From Clostridia bacterium (GTDB taxonomy: Bacteria; Bacillota; Clostridia; Christensenellales; CAG-138), in NCBI GenBank assembly GCA_036652795.1, contig JAVVVD010000001.1, forward strand, positions 159,363 through 223,362: a stretch of DNA of 64,000 nucleotides. The letters are read 5' to 3'. The notes under the pieces were generated by a model. That model ran no database searches and was not told the DNA's origin. It saw only the letters and a program-made list of their open reading frames with translations. The translations under genes were made by a program, and so were the position numbers. Positions 33,445 through 44,513 of this stretch are shown here, one piece after another. The number at the start of each line of letters is the position of its first letter. Position 1 is the first letter of the stretch.

Positions 33445-34803
33445 ATGGCAAGACTTTTTGGAACAGATGGCGTGCGGGGGATCGCCAATGCTGATCTATC
33501 CTGTGAGCTGGCGATGAAAATAGGCGCTGCCGGCGCATCGGTTTTGACCAGCGAGGTGCATAATCCAAGAATACTGATCGGAATGGATACGCGGCTGTCC
33601 GGTGATATGCTACGAGCGGCGCTTACGGCTGGAATATGTTCTGTTGGCGGAGATGTGATAGATGTGGGTGTGATACCAACACCGGCTATGGCATACTTGG
33701 TGCGTAAATATGACGCAGATGCGGCGGTAATGATAAGCGCGTCCCATAACTCCATGGAATACAACGGTATAAAGTGGTTTAATGCGCATGGATATAAGCT
33801 TTCTGATAAAATAGAGGATATGATAGAAAAAATGGTATGCTCTGATGCTGAGCTTACGCGTCCTACAGGATCAGATGTGGGCCATGTAATAATTGCAAAG
33901 CGCGCAGAAGAAGAGTATAAGGAATTTTTAAATAGCATGGCTGCATGCAGATTCAACGGATTGAATGTAGCGCTTGATTGTGCCAATGGCGCTTCAAGCA
34001 GTATAGCACTGGATGTGTTTAAAAAACTTGGCGCATGTGTCACCTCACGCGCTGATGAGCCGAATGGCAGCAATATCAACGAAATGTGTGGTTCAACACA
34101 CCCTGAACATCTGCAGGAACTCGTGAGGAGCTCTGACGCTGATGTGGGCTTTGCTTTTGATGGCGATGCCGACAGGCTAATAGCTACGGATGAGTTGGGC
34201 AACATAGTGGATGGTGACAGGATAATGGGGCTATGTGCGTTGGCAATGAAGCACATGGGTACGCTTAAGAGCGATACTCTGGTGGTAACGGTAATGTCAA
34301 ATCTGGGACTGAAGAAAACAATGCAACAGTACGGAATAAAACTGGAAGAAACCAATGTTGGCGACAGATATGTGCTGGAATGCATGATGAAGAATGGCTA
34401 TTCATTGGGCGGCGAACAATCCGGCCACGTTATTTTTTTAGATAAGAATACGACTGGCGACGGAATGCTGACGGCAATACAGGTGCTAAACGTACTGGTG
34501 GCTTCGGGTATGCGCATGTCGCAGCTGGCAGAGCAAATAAAGATATATCCACAGGTGCTTGCCAATGTAATGGTGAGTAACGCAAATAAGTCTGCCGCAA
34601 TACAGGATGCCGAGATGGCGGATTGCATACGGACTATAGAGGCGCGCCTTGGCGATAGCGGAAGAGTGCTTGTGCGTGCATCGGGCACAGAACCGGTAAT
34701 ACGCATTATGATAGAAGGACAGGATGAGGACGAAATACGCGAGGATGCGGTGACGATAGCGAGAATATTGGTGAAAAACCATAATGGAAAAATAAAAAGC
34801 TAA
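33445..34803 (+). CDS. glmM: phosphoglucosamine mutase
   Basis: MARLFGTDGVRG start, phosphoserine loop SASHNSMEYNGIK and GDGDADR metal site. Confidence 0.95.
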   Translation: MARLFGTDGVRGIANADLSCELAMKIGAAGASVLTSEVHNPRILIGMDTRLSGDMLRAALTAGICSVGGDVIDVGVIPTPAMAYLVRKYDADAAVMISASHNSMEYNGIKWFNAHGYKLSDKIEDMIEKMVCSDAELTRPTGSDVGHVIIAKRAEEEYKEFLNSMAACRFNGLNVALDCANGASSSIALDVFKKLGACVTSRADEPNGSNINEMCGSTHPEHLQELVRSSDADVGFAFDGDADRLIATDELGNIVDGDRIMGLCALAMKHMGTLKSDTLVVTVMSNLGLKKTMQQYGIKLEETNVGDRYVLECMMKNGYSLGGEQSGHVIFLDKNTTGDGMLTAIQVLNVLVASGMRMSQLAEQIKIYPQVLANVMVSNANKSAAIQDAEMADCIRTIEARLGDSGRVLVRASGTEPVIRIMIEGQDEDEIREDAVTIARILVKNHNGKIKS

Positions 34804-35085
34804 ATAAGTTGAAGACATCATATACGCAATAGACTACCTACAGGTGAATTTTAATAATTGCTTGCAGGTAGTTTTTTGATTCTATAAATTATAGTATTAT
34901 TATACTATAATGACGAATTATGATACATATTATCGATTTGAAGATATCGATGAATTCAATTGGACAATCTGCATATACATAGTATTGTTAAGCATATAAA
35001 TGTTTTAATATAGGGGTTGATTTTTTCCAATCTATGTGTATAATTATACATTATAGATTTTAAATAAATTAACTTGGAGGTAACA

Positions 35086-35853
35086 ATGAAAAAGGTACTG
35101 GCTTTGGTAATGACTTTGGTGATGGCTGCGGCGATGCTTGCATCGTGCGCAAAGACAAGCTCTCTTGATAAGATCAAGAAGTCCGGAGAACTGGTGATGC
35201 TTACAAACGCGCAGTTTGCGCCCTATGAATATTTAGGTGCAGACAATAAACCGGCGGGTGTAGACATCGATGTGGCTCAAGCGATTGCGGATGAGCTTGG
35301 AGTAAAGCTGACTGTGTTGGATATGGAGTTTGATGGGCTTGTTCCAGCGCTAAACGGCGGCAAGGGTGATTTGGTGGCGGCAGGGTTGACCATAACGGAT
35401 GAGAAAAAAGAAAGCGTTGATTTTTCTGATACTTATGCACAAACAACTCAGGTAATTATCGTAAATAAAGAAGCTCCAAAGGTCGCCAGCGTGGATGATC
35501 TAGGCGGAAAAACAGTAGGAGTACAGTTGGGAACTACAGGTGACTTTTTTGTTTCTATGATTGATGGCGTCACGGTGAAACAGTACAAGAGCGGTCTTGA
35601 AGCGTCAATGGACTTGTCAAATGGCAAGCTTGATGCCGTTATGCTCGATAAGCTCACGGCACAGAATATCATCACAAATGATGCTACGCTGACATATATT
35701 GATGAAGCTTTTACAGATGAAGAGTATGCGATTGCCGTAAAGAAAGGCGATGCGGAGCTTCTGGAAGTTATCAATAGTGTACTGGGCAAACTAATAGCCG
35801 ATGGTAAAATAGCGGAATTTACCACCAAGCACGAACAGGCTGCGATCAACTGA
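35086..35853 (+). CDS. amino acid ABC transporter substrate-binding lipoprotein
   Basis: MKKVLALVMTLVMAAAMLASC lipobox, then periplasmic-binding family 3-like sequence. GGAGG RBS before ATG 35086. Confidence 0.85.
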   Translation: MKKVLALVMTLVMAAAMLASCAKTSSLDKIKKSGELVMLTNAQFAPYEYLGADNKPAGVDIDVAQAIADELGVKLTVLDMEFDGLVPALNGGKGDLVAAGLTITDEKKESVDFSDTYAQTTQVIIVNKEAPKVASVDDLGGKTVGVQLGTTGDFFVSMIDGVTVKQYKSGLEASMDLSNGKLDAVMLDKLTAQNIITNDATLTYIDEAFTDEEYAIAVKKGDAELLEVINSVLGKLIADGKIAEFTTKHEQAAIN

Positions 35854-35866
35854 TAAGATAAGAATT

Positions 35867-36565
35867 ATGTTAAGTAAGCTTGGACAACAAATTTATAATA
35901 CGCTGATTGTAAATGACCGCTGGAAGATGTTCCTGGATGGCCTTATGGTCACCCTGATGATAGCCAGTATCGCTGTGTTGATGGGTATAGCGATAGGTTC
36001 GCTTGTTGCAATAGCAAAGGTGAATGCTATGCACAATAAGCGACTTAAGTGGCTCAGTGTGATATGCGATATTTATTTGGCAATAATACGTGGTACGCCC
36101 GTACTCGTCCAGCTTTTGATAATGTACTACATCATTTTTGCAGCAGCGCCTATCGAAATGGCACCATATGTGGCAGCGCTTGCATTTGGAATAAACAGTG
36201 GCGCATATGTTGCGGAGATTGTGCGCTCTGGTATAATGGCTGTGCCAAAGGGACAGATGGAGGCGGGACGTTCGCTGGGCTTGACCAATGGCATGGCAAT
36301 GCGGGAGATAGTATTTCCGCAGGCTGTAAAGAATATCCTGCCGGCGCTGGGAAATGAGTTTATCACGCTGTTTAAAGAAACTTCGGTTGTGGGTTATGTT
36401 GCGGTAATGGATCTTACGCGTGCGGCGGAGCTGGTCAGGTCAAGGACGCTGGATGCGTTCGTTCCGCTCATATTCATTGCGCTGATATATCTGGGGATTG
36501 TGATACTGATTACATTGGTGCTTAGAAAGCTGGAGAAAAAGCTTGCACAAAGCGATGCAAGGTAG
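35867..36565 (+). CDS. amino acid ABC transporter permease
   Basis: Polytopic protein with the EAA-type loop (GQMEAGRSLGLTNGMAMREIVFPQA). Confidence 0.88.
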   Translation: MLSKLGQQIYNTLIVNDRWKMFLDGLMVTLMIASIAVLMGIAIGSLVAIAKVNAMHNKRLKWLSVICDIYLAIIRGTPVLVQLLIMYYIIFAAAPIEMAPYVAALAFGINSGAYVAEIVRSGIMAVPKGQMEAGRSLGLTNGMAMREIVFPQAVKNILPALGNEFITLFKETSVVGYVAVMDLTRAAELVRSRTLDAFVPLIFIALIYLGIVILITLVLRKLEKKLAQSDAR

Positions 36566-36574
36566 GGATAGGTT

Positions 36575-37300
36575 ATGATTATTGTAAAGGGTCTTTATAA
36601 GCGCTTTGGCAGCGGAAATATGGTTTTAAACGGGATAGACGAGCAGATACAACGCGGTGAGAAGGTGGTAATAATAGGTCCTTCAGGCAGCGGTAAATCC
36701 ACCTTCTTGCGCTGCATAAACATGCTCGAGGAGCCAACTGACGGTGAAATATGGTTTGAGGGAAAGCTTCTTACGGATAAGAATACCAACATTGATAAGG
36801 TAAGACAGAAGATGGGTATGGTATTCCAGCAGTTTAATCTATTTCCGCATAAAACAGTGAGACAGAATATCACGCTTGCACCGGTCAAACTGAACTTAAT
36901 TGGGCAAGAACAGGCCGATGAGCGGGCGGAGGCACTACTTAAAAGGACTGGCCTTTTGGATAAAATAGATTCGTTTCCAGCGCAGCTTTCCGGCGGACAG
37001 CAGCAGCGCGTAGCCATAGTCCGAGCGCTTGCGATGAACCCGGATGTGATGCTGTTTGACGAACCTACATCTGCGCTTGATCCGGAAATGGTAGGCGAAG
37101 TGCTGGATTTTATGCGTACACTTGCGGATGAGGGAATGACGATGGTGGTTGTAACACACGAGATGGGCTTTGCAAAGGAAGTAGCAACGCGCTGCATGTT
37201 CATGGATAGCGGAAAAATATTAGAACAAAACAGCCCGAGTGAGTTTTTTGAGAACCCACAAAATCCAAGGTTGCGCGACTTTTTGTCAAAGGTGTTATAG
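36575..37300 (+). CDS. amino acid ABC transporter ATP-binding protein
   Basis: Walker [10 protein letters not shown], signature [11 protein letters not shown] and Walker [12 protein letters not shown]. Confidence 0.92.
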   Translation: MIIVKGLYKRFGSGNMVLNGIDEQIQRGEKVVIIGPSGSGKSTFLRCINMLEEPTDGEIWFEGKLLTDKNTNIDKVRQKMGMVFQQFNLFPHKTVRQNITLAPVKLNLIGQEQADERAEALLKRTGLLDKIDSFPAQLSGGQQQRVAIVRALAMNPDVMLFDEPTSALDPEMVGEVLDFMRTLADEGMTMVVVTHEMGFAKEVATRCMFMDSGKILEQNSPSEFFENPQNPRLRDFLSKVL

Positions 37301-37334
37301 AATTTGCGTAAAACAAGTGTTAACATAAAAAAAA

Positions 37335-37360
37335 GAGCCGTCCCTAAATTGGGACGGCTC
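37335..37360. terminator. bidirectional hairpin terminator between the convergent ABC ATPase gene and glyQS
   Basis: GAGCCGTCCC-TAAATT-GGGACGGCTC perfect 10-bp stem, flanked by an A-run upstream and T-rich sequence downstream. Confidence 0.8.
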
Positions 37361-37375
37361 ATTATGTATTTTGAG

Positions 37376-38767
37376 TTAAAAGTATATGCGATTATTAACG
37401 TATTCCACCAGTTGATCGATAGGTAGCCTTATCTGCGCCATTGTATCGCGGTCGCGCACGGTAACGGAGCCATCTTCAAGCGTATCAAAGTCTATGGTGA
37501 TACACATAGGGGTACCGACTTCATCAGCCCTGCGGTAGCGTTTGCCTATAGCGCCGGAATCGTCGTAGTCTACCATAAAGTACTTTGACAACAATGCATA
37601 AACCTCCAACGCTTTATCGCCAAGCTTGTTCTTTTGTAATGGCAATATGGCTGCCTTGTATGGCGCAAGGGCGGGGTGAAGGTGAAGTATGTTGCGTGTT
37701 TCGCCATCTTCAAGCTTTTCCTCATCGTATGCATCACACAGGAAAGCAAGAGTAACCCTGTCTGCACCGAGCGAAGGCTCTACGCAGTAGGGAACATACT
37801 TAGCGTTCGTAAATGGATCCTGATATTCAAAGCTTACGCCAGAATGCGCTGCGTGTGCTTTAAGATCAAAGTCTGTGCGGCTGGCAACGCCCCAAAGCTC
37901 GCCCCAGCCAAACGGAAAGAGGTATTCGATGTCGGTAGTACCATTGGAGTAGTGCGAAAGCTCTGCCTGCTCATGCTCGCGCAGTCTTATATGTTCTTGC
38001 GTCATTCCCAACGAAAGCAAGAAATTCTTGGCATAATCCTTCCAATAGACGTACCATTTCATCTCGGTACCGGGTTCACAAAAAAATTCAAGCTCCATCT
38101 GTTCAAATTCACGCGTGCGGAATGTGAAGTTGCCCGGGGTTATCTCGTTGCGGAAGGATTTGCCAACCTGAGCTATGCCAAATGGAATTTTGCGGCGAGT
38201 GGTACGCTGGACATTTTTAAAGTTGACAAAGATTCCCTGTGCAGTTTCGGGGCGCAGATAAAGTTCGCTGGCCGTATCCTCGTTTACGCCTTGAAATGTC
38301 TTAAACATCATGTTGAATTTGCGGATGCCCGTAAAATCAGACTTACCACACTCGGGGCAGACTATACCATTTTCTGCAATATATTGCTGCATCTGCTCAT
38401 GACTCCATCCGTCGGGATGCACATCCGCAAGATTGTGCGTATTTGCATAATCCTCTATTAGCTTGTCGGCGCGGAAGCGCGCCTTACAGGCTTTACAATC
38501 CATAAGCGGGTCATTGAAATTGACTACATGTCCTGAGGCTACCCATGTTTCGGGGTTCATCAATATGGCAGAATCCATACCAACGTTGTATGGGCTTTCC
38601 TGCACAAATTTACGCCACCATGCTTTTTTTACATTATTTTTGAACTCTACGCCAAGGGGGCCGTAATCCCATGTGTTCGCCAGCCCACCATATATTTCCG
38701 AACCCGCAAATATAAAGCCGCGGTTTTTGCACAGCGCAACGATCTTATCCATGCCGAATGCTGACAT
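37376..38767 (-). CDS. glyQS: glycine--tRNA ligase (class II, homodimeric type)
   Basis: [39 protein letters not shown] is the typical GlyQS N-terminus. GGAAGGAG RBS upstream of ATG 38767; the ORF track extends to 38812. Confidence 0.93.
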   Translation of the reverse strand: MSAFGMDKIVALCKNRGFIFAGSEIYGGLANTWDYGPLGVEFKNNVKKAWWRKFVQESPYNVGMDSAILMNPETWVASGHVVNFNDPLMDCKACKARFRADKLIEDYANTHNLADVHPDGWSHEQMQQYIAENGIVCPECGKSDFTGIRKFNMMFKTFQGVNEDTASELYLRPETAQGIFVNFKNVQRTTRRKIPFGIAQVGKSFRNEITPGNFTFRTREFEQMELEFFCEPGTEMKWYVYWKDYAKNFLLSLGMTQEHIRLREHEQAELSHYSNGTTDIEYLFPFGWGELWGVASRTDFDLKAHAAHSGVSFEYQDPFTNAKYVPYCVEPSLGADRVTLAFLCDAYDEEKLEDGETRNILHLHPALAPYKAAILPLQKNKLGDKALEVYALLSKYFMVDYDDSGAIGKRYRRADEVGTPMCITIDFDTLEDGSVTVRDRDTMAQIRLPIDQLVEYVNNRIYF

Positions 38768-38934
38768 AAAAACAATACTCCTTCCGATTGTAGGGAATAC
38801 GTACATCCCCATAAAAACAATACGAATATGATAACACAGAGGATGATTTTGTCAAGATGCACACAATGCCGCCGAATTGCGTAATATATCGTAGCAAGAG
38901 CGCTAAGCGCGCGATTATGTTAGGAGGCGTATAG

Positions 38935-39222
38935 ATGTTTAATCTTGGTAATGGAAGCAACTGGTGGTGGATAATTATCCTGCTGCTAATTTCGGGCAAT
39001 GGCTGCGGCTGTGGTAATAGTTGCGGTAATAGTTGCGGTAATAGTGGTTGCGGCTGTCAGGATGATTGCGGTTGCGGCAACAATTCATGGTGGATAATCA
39101 TACTGGTGCTGCTTATGAGCGGCTGCTGTGGCAACAGCGGATGCGGCTGCGATAACAACAACAGTTGCGGCATGAATAACAGCTGCGGCATGAACAATGG
39201 TTGCGGATGTGGCTGCAACTAA
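38935..39222 (+). CDS. Cys/Gly/Asn-rich small membrane protein, tandem duplicated YjcZ-like (tiny-TM sporulation protein-like) module
   Basis: 95 aa. Two copies of a hydrophobic core (WWWIIILLLISG and WWIIILVLLMSG), each followed by CG/NSCG repeats. Strong AGGAGG RBS and its own terminator. The family assignment comes from memory of YjcZ-type sequences and is not verified. Confidence 0.5.
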   Translation: MFNLGNGSNWWWIIILLLISGNGCGCGNSCGNSCGNSGCGCQDDCGCGNNSWWIIILVLLMSGCCGNSGCGCDNNNSCGMNNSCGMNNGCGCGCN

Positions 39223-39270
39223 TGCGAGGATGGGCAAACATAACTGCCCGCGTCACCCTTGCGCAAAGGA

Positions 39271-39307
39271 AAGAGCCGTACTTATCGGACGCGTACGGCT
39301 CTTTTTC
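39271..39307. terminator. bidirectional rho-independent terminator
   Basis: AAGAGCCGTAC ... GTACGGCTCTT stem followed by TTTT. It lies between the convergent Cys-rich gene and the GIY-YIG gene. Confidence 0.8.
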
Positions 39308-39315
39308 ATATCAGG

Positions 39316-39573
39316 TTAAGTTAAAATTGGTTTTTCATCTATGAGAATAAGTTTTTGCGCATGTGATAACTTCTTATATTCGTACTCGCGGCGCATAGCA
39401 GCACTCTTATCTTCAAATTCTTCAATGAACGCCAGCTCTACAGGTAAATGTGCACGCGTATACTTTGCACCCTTGCCGCTGTTATGCGTGGCAAGTCGTT
39501 TTTTAATGTTAGCTGTATAACCTGAATAAAGTGATCCATCCGCACAGCGAAGGATATAGGAATAGTATGGCAT
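39316..39573 (-). CDS. GIY-YIG nuclease family protein (UPF0213-like)
   Basis: YSYILRCADGSLYSGYTANIKKRLATHNSGKGAKYT carries the GIY...YIG motifs. The start is probably MPYYSY at 39573. Confidence 0.8.
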   Translation of the reverse strand: MPYYSYILRCADGSLYSGYTANIKKRLATHNSGKGAKYTRAHLPVELAFIEEFEDKSAAMRREYEYKKLSHAQKLILIDEKPILT

Positions 39574-39574
39574 A

Positions 39575-40204
39575 TTAATAGCCAAGCTCCTCATCTACCA
39601 ATATAAGGTGAAATTGCTCGATATGCTTGGGGGGATATTCGATAATGCTGGTGACTCTGCATATGCGCTGAGGCGCGCTGCAATTGCCGCATTTTCCAGT
39701 AATTGCGCATGGCGTGTTATAGCCCAGCCGCCGTGCGTTAAGCGGGCATGCTATGGATTTTATTCGATCAATAGCGGCAGGTATATCTGCCGCAAGCTTA
39801 TTTTTACCTATTATCAATATGACCCTGTGCGGCCCAAATATCATACCGGCGATACGGTTGCCTGTACCATCTATATTGACAAGCTCACCATGCATTGTTA
39901 TGGCGTTTGTGGAGCATAGATAGTAATCTGCACGCAATGCATCCCTGTCCGGCTGCCATTCTGGCTCGCCAATTGAGGTCATGTGTTTAAATGCTGTGCC
40001 TCCGCGTGCTTTTAGTTCTTCATAGATATTAAGATTGGCAACTGTCATTGATCCGCCGAAGCCAACAGAACCATTGCCGATGATGTCAAGTGCTATCACC
40101 TTCGCTTGAGCGCCATTTTGAGCTGTGTGCACAGTATAAGCTCGCTTTTCAAGCAAGGATACATATTGGGCATAATTTTCACAAAACACAATATAAACCT
40201 CCAA
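39575..40204 (-). CDS. LUD domain (lactate-utilization LutC/YkgG-like) protein
   Basis: 209 aa with a G..GFGGS core, LCSTNAIT..GELVNIDGTGNR and a C-terminal Cys cluster. Family assigned by eye. Confidence 0.6.
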   Translation of the reverse strand: MEVYIVFCENYAQYVSLLEKRAYTVHTAQNGAQAKVIALDIIGNGSVGFGGSMTVANLNIYEELKARGGTAFKHMTSIGEPEWQPDRDALRADYYLCSTNAITMHGELVNIDGTGNRIAGMIFGPHRVILIIGKNKLAADIPAAIDRIKSIACPLNARRLGYNTPCAITGKCGNCSAPQRICRVTSIIEYPPKHIEQFHLILVDEELGY

Positions 40205-40316
40205 TAATCAAAATATAAAGTTACTTCTATAATAACACTGTAGCGCGGCGCTTGCAATTTAACGCGCTATAAAGTATCATTTCTAATAAAGAAAGCCCTG
40301 ATGGTGGAGGATTAAT

Positions 40317-42119
40317 ATGGCATATAGCCAAGAACTTATAAGAAATTTTTGCATAATAGCACACATAGATCACGGAAAATCAACACTTGCAGACCGTATG
40401 ATGGAGCTTACTAACACGGTTGCAAGGCGAGATATGGAGGATCAATTGCTCGACACAATGGATATCGAGCGCGAACGCGGCATTACGATAAAAGCTACTG
40501 CCGTGCGTATGTTCTACACGCACACGGACGGTAAACGCTATATGTTCAACCTGATTGACACGCCGGGCCACGTGGACTTCACCTATGAAGTATCGCGCAG
40601 CCTTGCTGCCTGCGAGGGCGCAGTGCTTGTTGTGGACGCAACTCAGGGCATTGAAGCACAAACGTTAGCTAATGTATATCTCGCGCTGGATAACGGACTT
40701 GAGATAATGCCGGTGATAAATAAAATTGATCTGCCAAGCTCACAGCCGGAATACGTAATAAAAGAAATTGAGGACGTAATCGGGCTTCCGGCCGCCGACG
40801 CGCCGCAGATATCCGCAAAGATGGGCACAAATGTTGAAAAAGTGCTCGCTCAAATAGTTGATCTTATTCCACCACCCAAGGGGGATATATCGGCGCCATT
40901 GCGAGCATTGATATTTGATAGCATATACGATAACTATAAGGGTGCATTAAGCTATGTACGAATAATGGAGGGCAGGGTAGTCCCTGGTATGCGCATACGC
41001 TCCATGGCTAGCGGCAACGAGTTTGAAGTGACTGAAGTCGGCTTTTTCGCACCATCGTGGAAGCCCACGGATGAGCTGTGCGCGGGTGAGGTGGGATATA
41101 TAGCCGCTTCAATTAAGAGCGTAGCAGAAACAAAGGTTGGCGATACGATAACAGATGCCGATAATCCGGCAAAAATTCCGTTGCCAGGTTATAAACAGGC
41201 GCACCCAATGGTATTCTGCGGCATCTACCCAGCTGATGGCGCTGAGTATGAAAGCCTGCATGATGCGTTGGATAAACTGGTGCTCAACGACGCTTCCGTT
41301 ACATATGAGCCGGAAACTTCGATGGCACTTGGCTTTGGCTTCAGGTGCGGTTTCCTTGGGCTTTTGCATATGGAAATAACGCAGGAACGTCTGGAGCGTG
41401 AGTTTGATATTGACCTTGTAACAACGGCGCCTAGCGTAATATACAGGGTTATGAAAACGGATGGCAGTGAACTAATGATAGATAACCCAAGCAATCTTCC
41501 GCCTGTGGCAGAGATACAATATATGGAAGAGCCTATGGTAGAAGCGCATATAATAACGCCATCCGAATATGTGGGCACGATAATGGAGCTGTGTCAGGAA
41601 AAACGCGGAATATTCGGAGATATGAAATATATCGAAGAAAAACGAGTTAACATAAAATATGAACTACCACTAAACGAGATTATATATGATTTTTTTGATC
41701 AATTAAAGTCACGCAGCCGCGGCTATGCTTCATTTGATTATGAGCTAAAGGAATACCAGCGCTCGGATCTTGTGAAGCTGGACTTTCTGCTAAATAGCGA
41801 TATTTGTGATGCACTTTCAACAATCGTGCACCGTGATAAATCATATGCAAAGGGAAGGGCGGTAGCGGAAAAACTTCAGGAAGTAATACCGCGCCAGCAG
41901 TTCGAAATACCCATTCAGGCGGCGATAGGCGGCAAGATAATTGCACGTGAAACGGTGCGCGCCGTGCGCAAGGATGTGCTTGCAAAATGCTACGGCGGCG
42001 ATATCAGCCGCAAAAAAAAGCTGCTTGAAAAGCAAAAGGAAGGTAAGAAGCGCATGCGTCAGGTAGGCTCAGTGTCGCTGCCAAGCGATGCGTTTATGAG
42101 CGTATTGCGTATAGACTGA
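40317..42119 (+). CDS. lepA: translation elongation factor 4 (LepA)
   Basis: [33 protein letters not shown] and the LepA-specific C-terminal domain. Confidence 0.96.
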   Translation: MAYSQELIRNFCIIAHIDHGKSTLADRMMELTNTVARRDMEDQLLDTMDIERERGITIKATAVRMFYTHTDGKRYMFNLIDTPGHVDFTYEVSRSLAACEGAVLVVDATQGIEAQTLANVYLALDNGLEIMPVINKIDLPSSQPEYVIKEIEDVIGLPAADAPQISAKMGTNVEKVLAQIVDLIPPPKGDISAPLRALIFDSIYDNYKGALSYVRIMEGRVVPGMRIRSMASGNEFEVTEVGFFAPSWKPTDELCAGEVGYIAASIKSVAETKVGDTITDADNPAKIPLPGYKQAHPMVFCGIYPADGAEYESLHDALDKLVLNDASVTYEPETSMALGFGFRCGFLGLLHMEITQERLEREFDIDLVTTAPSVIYRVMKTDGSELMIDNPSNLPPVAEIQYMEEPMVEAHIITPSEYVGTIMELCQEKRGIFGDMKYIEEKRVNIKYELPLNEIIYDFFDQLKSRSRGYASFDYELKEYQRSDLVKLDFLLNSDICDALSTIVHRDKSYAKGRAVAEKLQEVIPRQQFEIPIQAAIGGKIIARETVRAVRKDVLAKCYGGDISRKKKLLEKQKEGKKRMRQVGSVSLPSDAFMSVLRID

Positions 42120-42122
42120 GCC

Positions 42123-43268
42123 ATGGCAGGACTGTATATTCACATACCATTCTGCACAAGTAAATGCAGCTATTGCGATTTCGTGTCCTTTGCGGATCAT
42201 ACCTGCATGGATGCATATATGAATGCACTCAATATCGAGATGAAGCTTGCAAGCCAAGGCGTACGTGAGCTTGTGTTTGATACTGTGTTTATAGGCGGGG
42301 GAACCCCGTCAATACTGCCGCAAAATGCTATTGTGGAGCTGCTGCACACTGCACGGCGATGCTTTGCACTTGAAGCGGACGCAGAGATCACAATTGAGAG
42401 CAATCCAGGTACACTTGATGCAAAAAAGCTTTACACATATCGCTCGTGCGGAATAAACCGGCTGTCGATGGGCTTGCAGAGTGCGGAAGATTCATTACTA
42501 ACTGGCATAGGAAGAAGGCATACTGCAAGTGATTTTTATAAAAGCTTTGCACTTGCGCGTGCGTGTGGGTTTAATAATATAAATGTGGATGTAATGTATG
42601 GTTTGCCGGATCAGCACACGAAAAACCACATAGATACGCTACAGGCAATTTGTGAGCTTAACGTGGAACATATATCCGCATATTCGCTGATACTTGAGGA
42701 AGGCACACCGCTATTTAACAGGGTAAAGCGCGGTGAGTGCATATTGCCGGATGATGACGCGGTATATGATATGCACAGGCAAACGATAGAATATCTTAAA
42801 CGCGCAGGATACAAGCGCTACGAGATATCAAACTATGCACTAGACGGCAGAATGTGTCGGCATAATCTGAACTATTGGGACAATGGAGAATACCTAGGCA
42901 TTGGACTGGCGGCGCATTCGTCGCTTAAAAAGCAGGGGCATATACTGCGGTTTGCCAACTGTATAGATATAAACAGTTATGTAGATAAGCTAAACGAAGG
43001 CATGCTTCCAACGGAGGAGCAAACCGTTATACAGCGCAGTGAAGAGATGTTCGAATGCGTTATGCTGGGCTTGCGGAAAACATGCGGACTTAAGCTTGTG
43101 GATTTTGAACAAAGATTCGGTACAAGCCTGTTGAACACATACGAAAATGCTGTGACACAGCTTGTGCAGCGGGGTTGGCTTACTATAACAAAGGATCATA
43201 TATATCTTACAGATGAAGGGCTGGATATGCAGAATGCGGCGCTGCTCACCTTTATGGAGGATGATTGA
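42123..43268 (+). CDS. hemW: radical SAM family heme chaperone HemW
   Basis: LYIHIPFCTSKCSYCDF (CxxxCxxC). 381 aa. Conserved position after lepA. Confidence 0.9.
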   Translation: MAGLYIHIPFCTSKCSYCDFVSFADHTCMDAYMNALNIEMKLASQGVRELVFDTVFIGGGTPSILPQNAIVELLHTARRCFALEADAEITIESNPGTLDAKKLYTYRSCGINRLSMGLQSAEDSLLTGIGRRHTASDFYKSFALARACGFNNINVDVMYGLPDQHTKNHIDTLQAICELNVEHISAYSLILEEGTPLFNRVKRGECILPDDDAVYDMHRQTIEYLKRAGYKRYEISNYALDGRMCRHNLNYWDNGEYLGIGLAAHSSLKKQGHILRFANCIDINSYVDKLNEGMLPTEEQTVIQRSEEMFECVMLGLRKTCGLKLVDFEQRFGTSLLNTYENAVTQLVQRGWLTITKDHIYLTDEGLDMQNAALLTFMEDD

Positions 43269-43362
43269 TATAGCATGATGGTGTTCTTCTAACACAGCTT
43301 AGCCATACCGCAATAATCATGCTAATGTTGCTGTTTTGTCACAATAGAAGGCCCCGGCGCAC

Positions 43363-43391
43363 TTGACAAGGATTGCTGCCGGTGCTATTTT
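43363..43391 (+). promoter_or_regulatory. sigma-A type promoter of the hrcA-grpE-dnaK-dnaJ operon
   Basis: TTGACA (43363-43368), a 17-nt spacer, then TATTTT (43386-43391), immediately upstream of CIRCE. Confidence 0.6.
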
Positions 43392-43401
43392 ATTTCTGTG
43401 G

Positions 43402-43428
43402 TTAGCACTCAAATGAAACGAGTGCTAA
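43402..43428 (+). promoter_or_regulatory. CIRCE operator (HrcA binding site)
   Basis: Perfect consensus TTAGCACTC-N9-GAGTGCTAA. Confidence 0.95.
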
Positions 43429-43468
43429 TAACGTGCCGGAAGGTGTTTAAGGCGAGGAGGTGTGTGTC

Positions 43469-44512
43469 ATGCCTGACCTGGATATAAGAAAAATTCGAAT
43501 ATTGCAGGCTATAATCGATGATTATATATTGACGGCAGCGCCTGTTGGCTCGCGAACAATCTCAAAGCATCCAGATATAGGGCTTTCCTCGGCAACGATA
43601 CGCAATGAAATGTCAGACCTTGAGGAGCTTGGCTATTTGGAACAGCCGCATACATCTGCTGGGCGCGTACCATCGGATAAGGCATACCGCCTATATGTGA
43701 ACAGTATCATGCAGAAATCGAGGCTCTCGGCGGATGAAATGCAATATATACAACGGCATTTTTCCAATACACTGGATGAGGTTGAACGTATAGTCAGGCA
43801 GACGGCATGGGTGCTTTCCAACATCACCAACTATACATCAATGGTGCTTAAGCCGCAGATACACACGGTGAAGCTAAAACACATACAGTTGGTTCCGGTA
43901 AGTGAGGGCAAGGCGCTGCTAGTAATCGTTACGGACGCGGGTATAACGCGGGACGCGATAATAAGAATACCGCATGATATGGATGTTACGCAGCTGGAGA
44001 GACTTTCGCATATACTTACGGCTAAGCTGACAAACAGCAGATTGGATAATGTGAGCAATGTGCTTATTCCGGAGTTGGCCGCCCAGATAGGTGAGCACAG
44101 GGAATTCCTCAATGCAATGCTGGAAACTGTGCAAAGAAGTATGCAACCAACCGGCGGAAATGTGGAATTGAGCGGAAAGACGAATATACTTAATTATCCG
44201 GAATACAACGATATCGACAAGGCCAAAAGCTTTTTAGCTGCGATCGAAGAACAGGATGTGTTGTATAAAATGCTTACAGACGCATCTAAGGTGGAGTTCT
44301 CAATTACCATAGGCAACGAGAACAATTCAACGGACATGAAGGATTGCAGCGTGGTCACAGCAACCTATAAGGTAGGAGATGTGTCCATGGGTTCCATGGG
44401 AATAATAGGGCCTACGCGCATGGATTATTCGCGGGTACTTGCTGTGCTGGGCTATATAGGCAAAAGCCTTAGCGATATACTTACTAATATGTTTGAAGAG
44501 GAGCACGACTGA
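43469..44512 (+). CDS. hrcA: heat-inducible transcription repressor HrcA
   Basis: Winged-helix N-terminus (RKIRILQAIIDDYILTAAPVGSRTISK) and IIGPTRMDY near the C-terminus. Confidence 0.92.
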   Translation: MPDLDIRKIRILQAIIDDYILTAAPVGSRTISKHPDIGLSSATIRNEMSDLEELGYLEQPHTSAGRVPSDKAYRLYVNSIMQKSRLSADEMQYIQRHFSNTLDEVERIVRQTAWVLSNITNYTSMVLKPQIHTVKLKHIQLVPVSEGKALLVIVTDAGITRDAIIRIPHDMDVTQLERLSHILTAKLTNSRLDNVSNVLIPELAAQIGEHREFLNAMLETVQRSMQPTGGNVELSGKTNILNYPEYNDIDKAKSFLAAIEEQDVLYKMLTDASKVEFSITIGNENNSTDMKDCSVVTATYKVGDVSMGSMGIIGPTRMDYSRVLAVLGYIGKSLSDILTNMFEEEHD

Positions 44513-44513
44513 T

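Noticed and set aside
38768-38934. An expected T-box riboswitch upstream of glyQS, which is common in Firmicutes.
   Set aside because: Only about 167 nt separate glyQS from the divergent gene. I could not find the conserved T-box sequence (AATTAGGGTGGTACCGCG-like) or a specifier/terminator arrangement on the minus strand. A covariance-model scan would settle this.
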